Source: an uncultured delta proteobacterium (lineage in GTDB: Bacteria > Desulfobacterota > Binatia > UBA9968). From it: a stretch of DNA of 64,000 bases. Location of the stretch: assembly GCA_963728565.1 (NCBI GenBank), contig CAVSLC010000011.1, forward strand, positions 159,799 through 223,798, written 5' to 3'. Made by a program: the position numbers and the translations under genes. Position 1 is the first letter of the stretch; each line of letters begins with the position of its first letter. The notes under the pieces were generated by a model that made no database searches, was not told the origin of the DNA, and saw nothing but the letters and a program-made list of their open reading frames with translations. Shown here piece by piece: positions 28,248 to 39,284 of the stretch.

Positions 28248-28760
28248 ATGGCAGAAAAGAATCCTACGGTAACGGTATCAACGAGCATGGGAGACATACA
28301 AATCGAGCTTGAAGCGGACAAGGCGCCGATCACGACGAGAAATTTCCTGGATTATGTCAATGACGGATTTTATGACGGTCTGATTTTTCATCGGGTGATT
28401 CCCGGTTTCATGATTCAGGGTGGCGGAATGGACCCGCAGATGAAACAGAAGAGCACCAAGTCGCCAATTAAGAACGAAGCGACAAACGGTTTGAAAAACA
28501 AAAACGGCACAGTCGCGATGGCGCGAACCAACGTCGTCGACAGCGCTACCGCTCAGTTTTTCATCAACGTTAAAGATAACGATTTCCTGGATCACCGGAG
28601 CACGTCTGCGGATGCGTTCGGATATGCAGTTTTCGCCCGCGTCATCGACGGCATGGACGTGGTGCAGAAGATTGAAAAGGTCAAGACGAGTAGCAGCGGA
28701 ATGCATCAAGACGTTCCGGTGGATCCGGTTGTCATCAACTCGGTGCGGGTGGACCGCTAG
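28248..28760 (+). CDS. Cyclophilin-type peptidyl-prolyl isomerase
   Basis: [28 protein letters not shown]; GGAGG RBS before ATG 28248. Confidence 0.96.
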   Translation: MAEKNPTVTVSTSMGDIQIELEADKAPITTRNFLDYVNDGFYDGLIFHRVIPGFMIQGGGMDPQMKQKSTKSPIKNEATNGLKNKNGTVAMARTNVVDSATAQFFINVKDNDFLDHRSTSADAFGYAVFARVIDGMDVVQKIEKVKTSSSGMHQDVPVDPVVINSVRVDR

Positions 28761-28926
28761 AGCGACCGGTTCAGACCTGTCGCAGAGCCGCGTCGGATTC
28801 AGATGCTAATCCTATGGTCCCATGCCCGTATTCGCGTGGCGGTCGTCATGCGAAGTTCACGCCGCCACATGGATAGCACCATAGCAGGATGCAATGAACC
28901 TTAAACGGGGACCCGCTAGGTGACGC

Positions 28927-29682
28927 CTATGACGTCCAGACCCCTTTGGGATCGTATTTTCTGATAGCAGACAGTTCATCGATGGTCGGCGCCGCAGTCT
29001 CCTGAATGTCCGGCGATATCCGGAGCGGCCAACCCGTTTCATTCTTGATGTTCTCGATGCTCACTCCCGGATGGTTGGCGGTTAGCATCATTTCACGCGT
29101 GTTGGCATCGAATGAGAATATGCCCATGCTGGTAATCACCCGGCTCGGCCCTCCCCCGATGAGACCGTTGCGCGAGCGCCAATCACCACCATCGCCAAAC
29201 CCGGGAGAGGTAATGTAATGAACTCTGGCTGGGAAACGGTGCCGTTCATGGTTCATGATGATGATGCACCGCTTGGCCATCGTCGCGATGTCCGCAGCGC
29301 CGCCGCTGCCCGGCAAACGAATCGGTTTGCGGTTCTCTTCGACCCAGTGCGTATTCAGGTTGCCAAATCGATCCACTTCCGCGCCGCCGATGAAACCTAA
29401 ATCGATTCGATTACTCTGCAAAAGATGCATCACGTCGTTCAGTCCGGCGCAACTCAATGCGCGCGCCACATTGGCTGGATCGCTCATGGTTAGGATCGAT
29501 TCGAGCGCCGGCCAGTCTCTGACAACCCCATTTTCGAAAATACCAATGGCGCTTGGCGCATGAGTCTCCTTGGCTACGGCAAAGCCGAGAAGCGGCAGGC
29601 GCATGCCAACAAAGACTTTATCGCCGTCGCGAATTTCCCGGGAAGCGGCGGCAACCATCAGTTCTCGCAACGTATAATTCAT
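28927..29682 (-). CDS. gctB: Family I CoA-transferase beta subunit (GctB/PcaJ-like)
   Basis: IFENG catalytic Glu, GGAEVDRFGNLN, RLPGSGGA, ITSPG. Confidence 0.88.
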   Translation of the reverse strand: MNYTLRELMVAAASREIRDGDKVFVGMRLPLLGFAVAKETHAPSAIGIFENGVVRDWPALESILTMSDPANVARALSCAGLNDVMHLLQSNRIDLGFIGGAEVDRFGNLNTHWVEENRKPIRLPGSGGAADIATMAKRCIIIMNHERHRFPARVHYITSPGFGDGGDWRSRNGLIGGGPSRVITSMGIFSFDANTREMMLTANHPGVSIENIKNETGWPLRISPDIQETAAPTIDELSAIRKYDPKGVWTS

Positions 29683-29816
29683 AGCGGCTATCCCGAGTCA
29701 CTCGTGAGAGCGATCGGAGAACGAGCTGTCTCGGAGTCTTCTAAAGAGCATGGCTAATTCGACCTGGGACTTCGGCGGCCGGGGTGTCGCGGCCCGCTGC
29801 CACTACAACATCAACG

Positions 29817-30254
29817 CTAGTCTGCCTTGTTGAACGCATCTACGCCGGCCTGGCAAATCTGTTTGTCGACGGCGGCAGGGGCGCCACTAACACCGACGGC
29901 GCCAATGCATTGGCCTTCGATCGTGAGAGGGATGCCGCCTTCGATGCTGATGAACCAGCCGGGACCGACAGCCAAAGTTTGCGCGAGAACTTGGTGATCG
30001 GGAATCTCGCCGCCTTCCCGGTTGGTCTTGCCGGTTGCCGCTGTCGTTAGCGCGGCCGAGCGGGCTTTGGCTAGCGCGATCATCGTGTTGTGGGTCCGTC
30101 CATTAGTCATTCTTTTGAATGAAAACAGGTGACCGCCGCTATCGACCACCGCGATACTGACGATCTGCTTGAGCTCTTTGGCTTTTTCCACGGCGGTGTT
30201 GACAATGATGTCGGCGCCTTCTTGAGTTAACTTAAAAAACGGTGCTGCCTTCAT
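29817..30254 (-). CDS. GlcG/HbpS family (putative heme-binding) protein
   Basis: IAVVDSGG, A.AKARSA, GGIPL...IGAVGVSG; GGAGGAG RBS. Confidence 0.88.
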   Translation of the reverse strand: MKAAPFFKLTQEGADIIVNTAVEKAKELKQIVSIAVVDSGGHLFSFKRMTNGRTHNTMIALAKARSAALTTAATGKTNREGGEIPDHQVLAQTLAVGPGWFISIEGGIPLTIEGQCIGAVGVSGAPAAVDKQICQAGVDAFNKAD

Positions 30255-30286
30255 GGCTCCTCCTGCGTGATAATAGTTTTCCTGAT

Positions 30287-31207
30287 TCAATAGCTAAAAT
30301 TTACCGGCGCGGCCACCAAACTTTGCTGCGGCACGAGTCGTTTTAACCGCTCTTCGCCGAGCCGCTCGAGTAATCCACCGTGGTCGGCGACACTCAAGAC
30401 CCACGTTTGCAGCCATTTTTCGAAACCGTCGAGAGAACGAGTCTCTTTGTGGTATTCGAAATAGAAGGAGTCATCCCGTCGGGTATATCCTTGAGTCGGC
30501 GAGGGGTGTGAACCGAATGGCTGATGGACGACGCTGGAAACTAAGAACCCGGGAATCAATGTTCGGTTCGGATCGCTCAAAATGACCTCGTGATCAATGA
30601 TTTCTTCGCAGGTCAGAATTACCGTTTTAGCGGCGAAGGCAGCTTCCTTCATGACGCCGAAATTTCCCCACGCGTGCGCGTTTCCTTGGCGATCGGCTCT
30701 TTGCACGTGAAGAATCGTCACATCGGGCGAGATCGCTTTGACTGCAAGGAGTTCATCGCCGGTGAACGGGCATTTCACCGAGCCGAACTGCGGGCCGCGG
30801 CTGATGTCGCTGCCCCGAATGGATTTGGTTGGCAAAAACGGCAAGCCGGTGGCTGCAGCCTGCAAGCCTAGGCCGATGGTAAAATTCGAGTGATCCTCGA
30901 TTTCAATCGGCTGCGGTATGCCGGATTCGGCCGCCCGCCGGTAATTGTGACCGAGACCCGCGGCAACATTGCCGACCCAGGACGCGATGATCTTTTTTAC
31001 GCAACCGGCGCCAATCAATTGGTCGAACTGCATGTCGGATATCGGCGCGATCAAGGTGAGGTTTTTCTTCCTCTGTCGTATAATCTCGTTGCTGGCGGCG
31101 AATGGAATCAACGATTCGAGCCCGCACCCCATGGCGATGGAACAGCCGTCATGGATGTCTCGCGCGATAGCGTCATGGAGACTTCGAACCTTGTCCATAT
31201 TCGTCAT
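30287..31207 (-). CDS. gctA: Family I CoA-transferase alpha subunit (GctA/PcaI-like)
   Basis: DQLIGAG, AAATGLPFLP, PDVTILHVQRAD..GN, PFGSHP. Confidence 0.88.
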   Translation of the reverse strand: MTNMDKVRSLHDAIARDIHDGCSIAMGCGLESLIPFAASNEIIRQRKKNLTLIAPISDMQFDQLIGAGCVKKIIASWVGNVAAGLGHNYRRAAESGIPQPIEIEDHSNFTIGLGLQAAATGLPFLPTKSIRGSDISRGPQFGSVKCPFTGDELLAVKAISPDVTILHVQRADRQGNAHAWGNFGVMKEAAFAAKTVILTCEEIIDHEVILSDPNRTLIPGFLVSSVVHQPFGSHPSPTQGYTRRDDSFYFEYHKETRSLDGFEKWLQTWVLSVADHGGLLERLGEERLKRLVPQQSLVAAPVNFSY

Positions 31208-31427
31208 CTGTATCCGCTCTGTGAGTGGAGTTCAACGCAGTTCAACCGTGCTCGCCATCGATGTTCCGGATTTAATTATATTGAGAGGCAGACATGCCGA
31301 GGATTGCGGCATAGCTTGGAGTTCGGGATTCGCTCGATCGCAAAGCAGAGGTAGATCTGTTGGATCGAAACTATCGACGGTGAGTTCAAACCGAGCATGA
31401 TGTCTTTAGTCGCACAGCAAGGCGGAG

Positions 31428-31997
31428 TTGGCCTGTCATCCCGAAACTCCGAGCCAATCGGTGAATACGATCCGAGCGCGCTTATCACAAGTTCCTGATG
31501 GCGGCATCGCGATCACGTACTACCTCGAAGGACAGATCAGCCGGTTATGTCTTCCCGGCAAATCCGCACCGAACAGGGTAGACGGTTTGTGGCAACATAC
31601 TTGTTTCGAGGCCTTTGTAGCCGTCAGAGCTGCGCCGGCATATCATGAGTTTAATTTCGCTCCCTCCGGCCAGTGGGCGGCCTATGCTTTTCAGGGTTAT
31701 CGTCATGGCGGTCCGCTGGCGCAGGCTTCGGACCCGCAGATTACAATCCGCGTTTCTGCAAACCGTTTCGAACTAGATGCCCTCATTCGCCGAGAATCTT
31801 TGCCCGGGCTGCCGGTGAATGGCCGCTTTTTCCTGGGGTTGTCAGCCGTGATCGAAGAAACCAACGGTGCGGTGTCCTACTGGGCGCTCAAGCATCCACC
31901 CGGCCCACCCGACTTTCACGATGCCAGTGCGTTTATTTTGGAATGGGAGCCGCAGGTGGCTGCGGTCCTCGATCCGGCTTATACTGGCAAGCCATGA
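31428..31997 (+). CDS. DOMON-like domain protein
   Basis: LWQHTCFEAF, YHEFNFAPSGQWAAY.F..YR, SYWALKHP...PDFH. Confidence 0.85.
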   Translation: MACHPETPSQSVNTIRARLSQVPDGGIAITYYLEGQISRLCLPGKSAPNRVDGLWQHTCFEAFVAVRAAPAYHEFNFAPSGQWAAYAFQGYRHGGPLAQASDPQITIRVSANRFELDALIRRESLPGLPVNGRFFLGLSAVIEETNGAVSYWALKHPPGPPDFHDASAFILEWEPQVAAVLDPAYTGKP

Positions 31998-33199
31998 AAT
32001 TCGGAATCGACCGCTTGCTGGAAGAACCGGCGCTACGTAAAGCTCTAAAAGGCCGCCGGTCGGCATTGCTCGCGCATCCGGCTTCGGTCACGCGTCATCT
32101 TCAACACTCTCTAGACGCTCTCGCCGGGTGTAGCGATATCAACCTTGCCGCCGCTTTCGGTCCTCAACACGGCCTGCGCGGTGATAAGCAGGACAACATG
32201 ATCGAATCGCCAAACTTCACCGACCCGATCCATGGCATTCCCGTGTTCAGTCTCTACGGCGAAGTTCGCCGGCCAACGCCGGCGATGATGGACAGTTTTG
32301 ATGTTCTGCTGATTGATCTGCAGGATCTCGGTTGCCGGATCTACACCTTCGTCACGACTTTGCGCTACATGCTCGAGGCGGCTGCAGAGCTAAAGAAGAC
32401 CGTCTGGATTCTCGATCGCCCCAATCCTATCGGACGCCCGGTAGAAGGGCTGCGTTTGCGCGATGGCTGGGAAAGCTTTGTCGGCGCCGGGCCCTTGCCG
32501 ATGCGTCACGGCCTGACCTTCGGTGAGCTTGCGAAATGGTTCGTCCGCGCGCTTCGGCTGGACGTCGACTGTGAGGTCGTGACCATGGATGATTGGCAGC
32601 CGTCGATTGAACCAGGCTTTGGTTGGCCTCTCGGCCAACGCAGTTGGGTGAATCCCAGCCCCAATGCGCCCAATCTATCGATGGCTCGCTGCTACAGCGG
32701 TACGGTCATGCTCGAAGGCACGACTCTGTCCGAGGGGCGCGGCACGACCCGACCCTTGGAGCTCTTCGGCGCGCCGGATCTCGAGCCGCGCAAGCTACTC
32801 GCAAAGATGGGCTCGCTTGCGCCTCAGCGGATGCGCGGGTGCAGGCTGCGCGATTGCTGGTTTGAGCCGACCTTTCATAAACATGTCGGCAAACTGTGCG
32901 CCGGTATTCAGATTCATGTGGACGATCCGGCATACGATCACAATTTATTTCAACCGTGGCGCCTGTTGGCCTTGGCTTTGAAAAGCTTGCGAACTCTCCG
33001 GCCGGATTATCCTCTCTGGCGCGATTTCTCTTACGAGTACGAAACCGATCGTCTGGCTATCGACATAATCAACGGCAGTGAATTGCTGCGGCGATGGGTG
33101 GATGACCCTGCCGCCGTGCCGGCCGACCTCGACGAACTCGCCGAACCGGATGAGTCCTCGTGGCTAGAAGAACGAGAGTCTCTGTTACTGTACCGATGA
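31994..33199 (+). CDS. namZ: DUF1343 exo-beta-N-acetylmuramidase NamZ family
   Basis: FGPQHG, SLYG, DLQDLGCRIYTF, LDRPNPIG, RHGLTFGE, SEGRGTTRP; start MKFGIDR overlaps the upstream stop. Confidence 0.9.
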   Translation: MKFGIDRLLEEPALRKALKGRRSALLAHPASVTRHLQHSLDALAGCSDINLAAAFGPQHGLRGDKQDNMIESPNFTDPIHGIPVFSLYGEVRRPTPAMMDSFDVLLIDLQDLGCRIYTFVTTLRYMLEAAAELKKTVWILDRPNPIGRPVEGLRLRDGWESFVGAGPLPMRHGLTFGELAKWFVRALRLDVDCEVVTMDDWQPSIEPGFGWPLGQRSWVNPSPNAPNLSMARCYSGTVMLEGTTLSEGRGTTRPLELFGAPDLEPRKLLAKMGSLAPQRMRGCRLRDCWFEPTFHKHVGKLCAGIQIHVDDPAYDHNLFQPWRLLALALKSLRTLRPDYPLWRDFSYEYETDRLAIDIINGSELLRRWVDDPAAVPADLDELAEPDESSWLEERESLLLYR

Positions 33200-33350
33200 G
33201 CAATGGCGAACGTCATCGAAAAATTTCCCGTTAGCCCGGGAAGCATCTAGGACAACGGCTAACTTATTCGTACGCTGCTCGTATCGATCATTGTTTTACT
33301 TGGTGTGATATCACTTACTCTCTGCTGGCGCAGTCGTTTGTTGGGCGCCC

Positions 33351-33554
33351 ATGTATATCCATTTGCTTGCTGGTTTATCGATTCCTCTAGCCTCGTTACC
33401 GGTGTGGATGGCCTGGGTTGTTGATGATCCTGTAAAAGGCCGGGTGATTTGGTTGGTGGTTGTTTTTCCCGCGCTCGTGTACCCGACGTTCGGGTTCTAC
33501 GGCGGCGTGATCATCAGCAAACACCGAATGACAAGAGACAAACTCGAGGATTGA
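33351..33554 (+). CDS. Possible small two-TM protein
   Basis: Two hydrophobic stretches only; no RBS support. Confidence 0.3.
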   Translation: MYIHLLAGLSIPLASLPVWMAWVVDDPVKGRVIWLVVVFPALVYPTFGFYGGVIISKHRMTRDKLED

Positions 33555-33591
33555 TTAACCGCTTCGACCACCGAAAAGCCCCGTCCTCTCC

Positions 33592-34785
33592 ATGAGAGTG
33601 TTTCTGAGCTATTCATCAAGCGATCGGACACTGGTTGAGCCGATCTATCTTGCTTTGCGCGCGCAAGGACACACGGTGTTTTTCGACCGGGCGGACCTGC
33701 CGGCAGGGGAGGAGTATGATGCGCGAATCCGACGCGCGATCGAAAAATCTCAGCTTGTGCTGTTCATGGTAAGCCCGGACTCGCTCGATCCGGGTAGTTA
33801 CACGCTCACCGAACTGGCCATTGCGCAGAAGACGTGGGGGCATCCCGCCGGAAGGGTATTACCGGTTATACTCCGCCCGATTTCGCTCGAGCGGATTCCG
33901 CCCTATCTGAAGTCGGTCACACTGCTCGAACCTGAAGGAGATCTCACCGCCAGTGTAGCAGACCAAGTCTATCGAATCGCGCAAGCTCGACGCCGTGCTA
34001 GGTTAAAGAACGCTGCTGCGGTGTTGGTCGCTGCCATCGTTTGCGCCAGCGCGTACGCTTATTGGATCTTCCGAGATCCAGCTGCGGAAATCACCGGTAA
34101 TGATGGAGCCATCGCGGTCGTTGTTCCGGCCGGCAATTTCGTTATGGGAGACGACGTGGAGTCGCCGCTGCGAGAGGTTTATTTGGATAACTTCTATATC
34201 GACAAGTACGAGGTGACGCTTTCGCGTTACGCAAAATTCTTAGACGCAACCGGCGGTGCAAGGCCGCCGGAAGGCTGGCAGCAATTAAATCTGGAAAGCG
34301 CCGGCGCATTGCCGGTCGTGGGTGTGGACTGGCACGACGCGGAGGCCTACTGCCGGTGGGCGGGCAAGCGCCTGCCAACCGAGTCCGAATGGGAGAAGGC
34401 CGCCCGCGGCGGAGATGGTCGCAAGTATCCGTGGGGCAGTGAAGACCCCACTCCGGCGCTCGCTAATTTCGGTAAATCCGCGGACGGTCCGTACAGCGGA
34501 GGACTTGTGCCAGTGGAGAGTCGCCCGGCCGGTAAGAGCCCGTACGGCGCGCACAATATGGCGGGCAATGCTTCTGAGTGGGTATCGGATTGGTTCGCCG
34601 CAGGGTTCGTGCGCGGCGACGTGAGAAATCCCAAAGGGCCCGAGAATGGCACGGCAAAGGTGATCCGCGGCGGAGGATGGTACGATCCTCCAGAGCGACT
34701 GAATTCAAGTCGGCGTATGCACGCGAGCACAACGACTCGTGCTGACGACGTCGGTTTCCGCTGCGCTAAAGATTACCGTCAGTAA
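33592..34785 (+). CDS. TIR domain-TM-FGE/SUMF1 (C-type-lectin fold) protein
   Basis: TIR: VFLSYS..D, VFFD...L.AG, SYTLTEL. TM: AAAVLVAAIVCASAYAYWIF. FGE: IDKYEVT, RLPTESEWEKAARG, MAGNASEW, RGGGW, VGFRC. Confidence 0.92.
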   Translation: MRVFLSYSSSDRTLVEPIYLALRAQGHTVFFDRADLPAGEEYDARIRRAIEKSQLVLFMVSPDSLDPGSYTLTELAIAQKTWGHPAGRVLPVILRPISLERIPPYLKSVTLLEPEGDLTASVADQVYRIAQARRRARLKNAAAVLVAAIVCASAYAYWIFRDPAAEITGNDGAIAVVVPAGNFVMGDDVESPLREVYLDNFYIDKYEVTLSRYAKFLDATGGARPPEGWQQLNLESAGALPVVGVDWHDAEAYCRWAGKRLPTESEWEKAARGGDGRKYPWGSEDPTPALANFGKSADGPYSGGLVPVESRPAGKSPYGAHNMAGNASEWVSDWFAAGFVRGDVRNPKGPENGTAKVIRGGGWYDPPERLNSSRRMHASTTTRADDVGFRCAKDYRQ

Positions 34786-34951
34786 AACGGGGTTGCGCTA
34801 AACATTCCTGCCAAAAAAAGTTTAGAGTGGCCAGCGCATTAGTGGTAAAGTCGGGTCGTTCGAAGCCGGCTGAGCTTTCAGAGCAATATCCCGGATATCG
34901 CTACCTGGTCTTCGAACCGCTGGTAACCAACGAAGGAGCATAGAACCAACC

Positions 34952-35308
34952 ATGATCTGGCCTGAAATACGCCGCATCTCCAGCCCCGACCTCGAGCCCC
35001 CTAATTTGCCCAAAAACCCCGCCGATTGCGAAATTCTGTTTCAGCTCTTTGTCGGCCCCAAAGATGATGAAGGGGAAGAGGCTTTCAGCTTTACTGTGAT
35101 GACCGCCGCTCGTTTAGCCAAAGACTCTGACGCACATTGGGGCAGGGGCAAGCTGATTGTGGCGGTTTTTGAATGGTCCGCTGTAATTCAGGCAGTGGCA
35201 GAGTTACTGGCGCAGTGCGCCCGTCCCTCCTGGGGCGAAGTGGTGGCCGAGCTCAACAAGGAATTGATTTGGGATTTTGACGGCTACAAACCCGCCGATT
35301 CTTCGTAG
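34952..35308 (+). CDS. Imm8-like immunity protein
   Basis: SPD...P..P, VGPK..EGEEAFSFTV.T, GRGKLIV, C...SW.EV..EL...L.W.FD.Y pattern, recognised from memory of the Imm8 family. Confidence 0.72.
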   Translation: MIWPEIRRISSPDLEPPNLPKNPADCEILFQLFVGPKDDEGEEAFSFTVMTAARLAKDSDAHWGRGKLIVAVFEWSAVIQAVAELLAQCARPSWGEVVAELNKELIWDFDGYKPADSS

Positions 35309-35358
35309 AGATACAGAGCAAATTGGCGCCGCATGCCAGGATCCGAGCCTGAGATAGG

Positions 35359-36042
35359 TTACTTTACCCGCTGGGTTGCTGTTCCATGGGCAGCTGACCG
35401 CAACTCAATCAGCCGGCGCACCGCTCGGACTGACGGCTGTGCCAACATCACCACCGCGATCCCAGCCGCGAGAAGTCCCAAGGAAATAGGCCAGACAAAC
35501 TTGAACAGAGCGTTGTGAATGTCTGCTTCGACAGCACCTGCCCAGATGCCGATGTGTGTACTGCCGAGCTGGCCATCAAGTATCGGCGCGCGGGTTTCGT
35601 AAATCGGTTTGCCTGCTACGGTGAGTTCTCGCTGATTGACTTGAAGCTCCTGATTCGAAGTAACTGCTGGTTGGAACTCTTGGAATAAATCTGCCGAGCT
35701 ACTGGCGATGATCTTTCCCTCGCGGTCTTGAACAAAAATATAGGCAACTCTGCTCAAGCGGGCGTACTTGGTCACCGTTGTTTTGAGGCGGAGCGCATCG
35801 TTGCTGGCGATATAGCCTGCGGCTGCATCACTCAAATTCGTCGCCATCATGACCGCGCTTTCCTGCATATGGTCCCGCAGCACGCGCGCCACGCGCTGAT
35901 GCACTATCACGACGAAAAAAAGCCCAAGAACCACCAGCATGATCTTCCATGCGAAGCTTAGACCCTGCCAAGAGACCGCTAGAGCGCCCGAGGTCTGGGT
36001 TTTTTTCCCGGCTTTTGTCAGTGCGTCATATACGCTGCTCAT
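35359..36042 (-). CDS. Two-TM protein with periplasmic sensor-like domain and GspB-like N-terminal motif
   Basis: MSSVYDALTKA start; TM, then YIFVQDREGKIIAS...PILDGQLG..HIGI, then TM; no kinase domain. Confidence 0.7.
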   Translation of the reverse strand: MSSVYDALTKAGKKTQTSGALAVSWQGLSFAWKIMLVVLGLFFVVIVHQRVARVLRDHMQESAVMMATNLSDAAAGYIASNDALRLKTTVTKYARLSRVAYIFVQDREGKIIASSSADLFQEFQPAVTSNQELQVNQRELTVAGKPIYETRAPILDGQLGSTHIGIWAGAVEADIHNALFKFVWPISLGLLAAGIAVVMLAQPSVRAVRRLIELRSAAHGTATQRVK

Positions 36043-36065
36043 ATTCTCACCGCGATGTGGCTGCT

Positions 36066-37645
36066 CTACCTGCTTACCGAATTTCGGTTGGCATCAACAC
36101 CTAAACCGGACGAGTCATTCCTCAGGCCTGCTAACCAAATGTGATTGGCCTCCTCGGGATTTTGCAGACCGTCGATTTCAATCCGAAAGAGCAAGAGATC
36201 TTCCGAGACCTTTCTGGGTGTAATCGAGACTTGATAGCTCTTGTTCCTTAAACGCTGCGCGTATTCATCGGCTGTTGTGGGGTTTTGAAACGACGCGACA
36301 ATGAGACGATATGAGCCGTCGGCCTGCCGGCGCAGCAATGTTTCCGGCGTCAGCGAAGGCAGCAAAAGGGCCCGCCCTGCCGCCACTTTCCCGAGACTCT
36401 TGATCCCCGGATTGAACTCTTTGATCAGATCCATGCCGAGGCCGTTCTTGGTTCCATAGGCTTCAGTGGCGATTTTATAGATGCTCGAGCCCTGCGGAAT
36501 GATCACTCGCTGCTCCTTAATTTCAACCTCCACTCGTGCATCGGCCTTCGCCGGCGGGGGCACCTGATGATGACTCATGAACAGAGCCCATTCATTTAAA
36601 TTGCCCTTGGCGGTTTCGAGAGTTCTCCCGGCGTTAACCAGGAAGTTCCTTGGATCAATAAACGAAGCCACGATGATCAAGCCAACAATGACTAAGCAGG
36701 TCTCCAGGCCGAATCTTGCCATGCGCCTCAGTTTGCGCTGAGGAAGGTTGGTTGCCGATTTCGGGGCGGGCATATGGTGTCCGGTTGTGCAACGATCGGG
36801 CTAGAGGTGATTTGCGTCTGAGTGAGCTGTGTTCGCGGTGTTAGCCTAAGATCGCCGGCCACTTCATTGATGATGTCTTTAGAAATGATTTTCTCAGATC
36901 GCCCAAAGGCGCAGAGCAGGGCATTATCGCAGATGATATTTACCAGCCGGGGGATACCATCTGAAGCGACGGCAATCTGCCGATAGGCATCGGGATGAAA
37001 TAGGCGCTTACCGGTATATCCGGCGGCCCTGAGTCGAAAATCGATATAACGACATACCTCCTCGTCCCTGAGCGGAACGAGCCGGCATTGAAGCGCCACA
37101 CGTTGTTTGAGCTGCCGCAAACTAGGTTGATCCAGTCTTGCCTGGAGTTCGGGTTGGCCCATCAGCACGATTTGGATGAGCTTTTCCTGATCGGTTTCCA
37201 AGTTCGAGAGAAGTCGCAGACCTTCGAGCGCTTCGTCGCTTAGGTTTTGGGCTTCGTCCACCAGGACTGACACAATATTGCCGTCCTTCAGTTGCGTGAT
37301 AAGAAAATCGTTCAATTCCTGAAGCAGCTTTACCTTGTTTGCTTCCTTTTGACCCAGGCCCAGATCGTAGTGAATGACCTGCAGCAGTTCGGTGAAATTC
37401 AAATACGTATTGAAAACATAAACCGTATGGATCACCCCTTCCGAGGTGTGCGTCATCAGTTTACGGAGCAAGGTGGTCTTTCCTGTGCCCACTTCACCGG
37501 TGATGACTATGAAACCCTTTTTGGCCTCGATACCGTAGCGTAAATTGGCGTAGGCTTCCTCGTAAACCGGATTGCTGTAAAATAAACTCGGATCGGGGGT
37601 AACACGAAAAGGGGAGACCGAAAATCCAAAGTAGCTATTGTACAT
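36066..37645 (-). CDS. ExeA/GspA-family AAA ATPase with TM, LysM-like and SPOR-like domains (probable frameshift near 36775)
   Basis: MY..YFG...PF..TPDP, GEVGTGKTT, VDEAQNL, GIPRLVNIICDNAL. The 36066-36773 frame has a TM, FNPGI and YRLIVASF. Confidence 0.85.
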
Positions 37646-37879
37646 CGTACCTAGACCGTCCTTTTGCAGTGGCTGATCGAGGTCATAGGTTTAACGAGGG
37701 AGAATCAGTCCATTGCGGGCGTCAGCGCTGGCCAACCTTAGATCAAAGCCAAAACAAGAGTCAAGATGAAATTCGATTTATCGCCCGAGACTTGTGCGAT
37801 CAGGCCGAAGCTGCGACCCTAGACCCGATCGGTATGGTTAGCATTACCGGGTGACCACGAGGCCTTAGGAGTAGAGTGA

Positions 37880-39204
37880 ATGTTTCTTAGAAATAGATTC
37901 ATGATTGTCGTTGGTTTGTTTGCTTGTGCCGGATTGATCTTGTGGGCGACTCCGTCATGGGCTGATCTGGAAAGTTACATCCGCAAACCGGAGCCTGCCT
38001 TCGCTTGGAAACAAAACGGCAAAACTAGTCGCGAGCCGGCGGGAGATCAAATCTATGATCTCCATTTCGTATCCCAGACCTGGCAGGGCAAGAACTGGCA
38101 GCATCAGTTGCAAGTCTACCGGCCGCAGTCCGTCGCACCGGCGGCGATGATGCTGCTATGGGTGACCGGTGGTTCGGCAACGCCCGGACAAATTGCTTTC
38201 GGTATGGAGCTGGCTCGCAAGAGCAAAGCTCCTGTGGCCTTTCTTTATCACATTCCGAATCAGCCGTTATTGGAAGATCAGCTTGTCGAGGATGATCTCA
38301 TCGCCGAGACGTTCGTGCGTTATCTCAAGACCAAAGATGAAAACTGGCCGCTGCTTTTCCCAATGGTAAAGAGTGTCGTTAAAGCCATGGACGTCTTGCA
38401 GGCGTTCGGCAAAGGGGAATGGGGCGAGCCGACGGGCAAGTTCATTGTCGCCGGAGCATCCAAGCGCGGCTGGACGACCTGGCTTGCGGCGGCGGTCGAT
38501 CAGCGAATCGGCGCCATTGCTCCCGTAGTCATCGACACGCTTAACATGCGGGCGCAAATGCCGCGGCAATTAAAAGCCTTCGGCGCGTATAGCGCCCGCC
38601 TGCAACCCTACACCAGCCGTGGCTTGGTGCCCATCCCCGAATCAGCGGAGGGTCAGCGCCTTCTGAGCATGATCGATCCGTGGGCATACCGGGAGCGGCT
38701 GACGTTGCCCAAGTTGATCGTCAATGGCACCAACGATTTTTATTGGGCTACTGACGCGCTCAACCTTTATTGGAACGAGCTGCCAGCTAACAAGTGGGTG
38801 ATCTATGTTCCCAATGCCGGCCACGACTTGAGACGGAAGGACCGAGATGATTCGGATCAAACGGCCGATCTGATTAACGGCTTAGCGGCTTTTTCCCGGC
38901 ATCAAATAAACCGGCGTCCGATGCCTGCCTAAGCTGGAAGCATGAAGATCGCGACGGCAAATTGCGCTTAAGCATCGCGGGGAATCCGCAGCCACTGGGC
39001 GCGCGGCTTTGGGTTGCGCAAACAGCATCAAAGGATTTTCGCGCAGTTAAGTGGATTCAGCAAACCGCCGATGTCTCCGATGGGATCGTTGTCGGCGAAG
39101 TCACTCTACCCGAGCAGGGGCACGTGGCTTTTTTTGGTGAGCTCGATTACGAGATCGATGGGCTGAAATATCAGCTCTCGACCCAAATTCGGGTGACGGA
39201 ATAA
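37880..39204 (+). CDS. PqaA-family (PhoPQ-activated) alpha/beta-hydrolase-like secreted protein (frameshift near 38930)
   Basis: Signal peptide, SQTW, PNQP, EDDLIA, PMVKS, GASKRGWTTW, IDP..Y, PNAGH; C-terminus continues in 38962-39204. Confidence 0.87.
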
Positions 39205-39284
39205 AGCGTATTTGCAAGCGGCTTTCGTTTTGAGCGTTTTTCCCGCGGCAGAATTTAAGATCGATGCCGGTGCTTGTCAAGCCG

